DNA of 64,000 nucleotides, from NCBI GenBank assembly GCA_000708835.1, contig DF237097.1, positions 28,815 to 92,814 on the forward strand. Direction: 5' to 3'. Shown here piece by piece: positions 61,531 to 64,000 of the stretch; within the stretch, counting starts at the first letter, position 1, and each line of letters starts with the position of its first letter. Source of the DNA: Klebsormidium nitens (taxonomy: Eukaryota > Plantae > Klebsormidiophyceae). The position numbers and the translations under genes are program-made. The notes under the pieces were generated by a model that was given only the letters and a program-made list of their open reading frames with translations, was not told the DNA's origin and searched no databases.

Positions 61531-63793
61531 TCACGAGGGCTTGAACTTCTCTACTGTGTCCAAAAGAACGCCTGCCAACCCGCCAGCCGAAGCATACTTG
61601 ATCTTAGTGTCTCCAACCAGATCCGGCAGGTCTTTCTGCTCCACGAAGCGGAATCCGCCCTCCAGCCAGGCCACATTCCGGTACCCCGCATTGTACAAAA
61701 CTTCTGCTGCTAGTAGAGACCTGGACAACGGAGTTAGGATGCGTCAATTTGAGCAAGTGCAAACTTAATGATTCTAATACCAACAGCAACAAATGAGACT
61801 GGGAAACTAGGCACGCGCGTCCTCCTACTCCGACCGAGTCTAGGTCCAAACAGAGGGGAATACAACAAGGTGGGTCTGGGTATAAGGGTCAAGAGCTGAG
61901 GAACTTTCGAGCGGTTTTGGCTGAGGTTTGAACGGGATTTTTTTCTCACGCAGATTGAATTCTCGACACAGGCAAGCTAATGGACTGCGAGATGACATAC
62001 ACGAATGCATTCAACGCTCAAAAGGAAAGCATGACATAAGCAGGCAGACTTTGATTGGTCCACCTCACCTGAGGCCGTCTCCGCAGGAGACGAGCAGCCG
62101 TTGCTCTTTGGGCGCTTGCTTTTTGACCTCGTTGAGGAACTGCTCGTTCACCTTGGTGTGTCGTAACCCCATCCACAGGCCCCCGTAACCCAGTGCGAAA
62201 CCCTTGGCGATGAGCGTGCCAATGTCCTTGCCGTCGTGCTACAAGTGAGCGGAAACATAGCTTCACTATAAATTCCGAAGTTCCAACAACCGTGCTCCAG
62301 GGTGAATGATTTGAAACAACTATAAATTTACGTCAGCGGTCTGACGCCAGCGCTCTGACTTCGAAGCTTTGTACGCAAAACGGGACTGCTATACAACTTC
62401 TGGGCAATCCGTGTCTGGAGGAGGTGCCTTTGGTGGTACTGAAGGAACGGAGTTGCGTTTCCTCTTCTCCACAACTGAAAACACCAAACAGAGAGGTACT
62501 GATTTTCACAGAGTTGCAGCAGATTCTTATAGTTTGTGCTTGTCTTTCCTTACCTCGACAAACAGAGGGACATGCAGGCTCGAGGGCGAGTGCGCCTTGG
62601 CATGCTCCCACTCCGGGCGAACATCGAGCATTGTGTACGCGTTCCCTTCACCCTCCGCTGTCAGGGCTTTGTGAAGATCCTGGTATGAGATGGGCCGAAT
62701 CTTCCGTGAGCGCACCAAGTCCTCCGCCTCCTGCGAGCAGAGCGAAGGAGTGCTTCTCGAGCTAACCGTCCATTTAACCCGCCATGTCAAGACCTTTTCT
62801 GCTGTCATTCATTACCAGTTCCTGGTTCCCCCTTTGGTCTCAAAATGCTTTGTGGTTAGAGTTAGCTTATCATATGGACTCTGCTGGCTGGTTACTCAGA
62901 GTTGGCTCAGGTCTGCAGCTTGTGACATGAAAAGGGGTAGTCTTGACATGGTTGAGACCAGCATGGAAACTTCAAAGTTATGGAGTTAAAGTTCTGTTGC
63001 GGTCCAATTGGACAGAATGTCCTTCTTGCCGTATCCAAGGTGACTTTTGACAAGATGCAAGTCAGCAGAAATGCCGGGGGCAATTCTTTAACTTCATATT
63101 GACTTCAGGCAGTTTACTCTTTGATTTGTCAATCTTGTGAGGAAATGGGCTAAACAACTGCAGCAAGAAGAAATTGCTGCTGCGCAAAGCTGTCTTGCCA
63201 CGGAGTAACATTCTGACGCCGCCACTTTTGATAAGTGCCATCTGGAATTCAGGAACAGTAAAGCAGGTGCGTACTCGAGTCTCTATTGAAAAACAGACGG
63301 CAAGAGTCGGTGACAAGAGATACCAAGGCCTCAAATCCAGATTACAGCTTTATTGCTCCAAGCATTTAAGCTAAGAGGGAGTAGAGCCAAAGACTACCAC
63401 CTTCTCCCAAGGAACCTACGGTGCCAGGTCTTTTGCAGAATGTGAATGGAAGATATTCAAGAACGCTAGCTTCAGACGCAGATTGCGAAAAAGGATTGGA
63501 ACCTGGTCCTAGCAATCTCCACAACTCTCAATGGGCACACTGTGACTTACTTTCATGCCATTCCGTACAATTGCACCTCTGGCTGAACTTGTCTTGGAGG
63601 GTTTCAAAGTGGCAAATTGCAGCAGATTGGAATGGAAGCTGGAAGACGACAAGCGGATACTGGCGGATGGCACATTGCCTCTACACAACGGTGCGCTTCG
63701 CTGTCTACAACTGGAACGTTCATCGAGGCCCCCCTGCTGCAGGCTGCATACCAATAAAGCACTTCGGCTGCCAACCAAAGCTGAGGTCGCCAT
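61531..63793 (-). CDS. Plastid-targeted rhodanese-like domain protein (STR9/10/11 group), ~259 aa
   Basis: Exons 63793-63551 (transit-peptide-like), 62730-62554, 62238-62069, 61720-61531. Motifs MLDVRPEWEH.KAH..SLHVPLF, RHTKVNEQF, LLVSCGDGL|RSLLAAEVLYNAGYRNVAWLEGGF. An extra exon in 62731-63550 cannot be excluded. Confidence 0.85.
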
Positions 63794-64000
63794 GTTGAAC
63801 TTGAAGAAGCAAGCCGCGTTTTCCTTCCCCCGGGCCGTAGGCTGAGTAAGTCTTTCTTACTGTCAAAGCTTCGAATGCAGTGCGCCACAAAAGCAGACTG
63901 GTTTGACAAACCAGACCACACAAACCAAAGCCTGATTGTGACGGTCCTCAAGCACGTTCCAAAAACGGCACTTTTCCCAAGGCTGGCTTCCGACACAGGC

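Overview
Eukaryotic nuclear DNA with GC-rich exons and GT-AG introns. A plastid-targeted ADP-glucose pyrophosphorylase, a DCD domain, a plant-type GET3a and an STR10-like rhodanese point to a green-lineage streptophyte; a Klebsormidium-like alga is my inference, not confirmed. I assembled 11 spliced genes by hand with phase-consistent junctions: an FBXO21-like F-box/Transglut_core2/YccV protein, a dual-specificity phosphatase, the AGPase small subunit, a secreted orphan, an ssSPT-like subunit, CLP1, two tandem MYND-finger paralogues, a DCD protein, GET3a and a rhodanese. There is also one ARM-like/MYND pseudogene, two foldback repeats and several intronic tandem repeats. No tRNA, rRNA or CRISPR array was seen. 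The most notable signals are: (1) recurrent direct copies of exon/intron junctions left in adjacent introns in four genes, including a 4-unit array in GET3; (2) a tandem pair encoding a possibly bacterial DUF1444/YtpQ-like domain fused to a MYND finger; (3) a DCD gene whose last helix is supplied by either of two candidate terminal exons; (4) an AGPase small subunit with Asp at the land-plant redox Cys position. All domain names come from motif recognition by eye, not from database searches.
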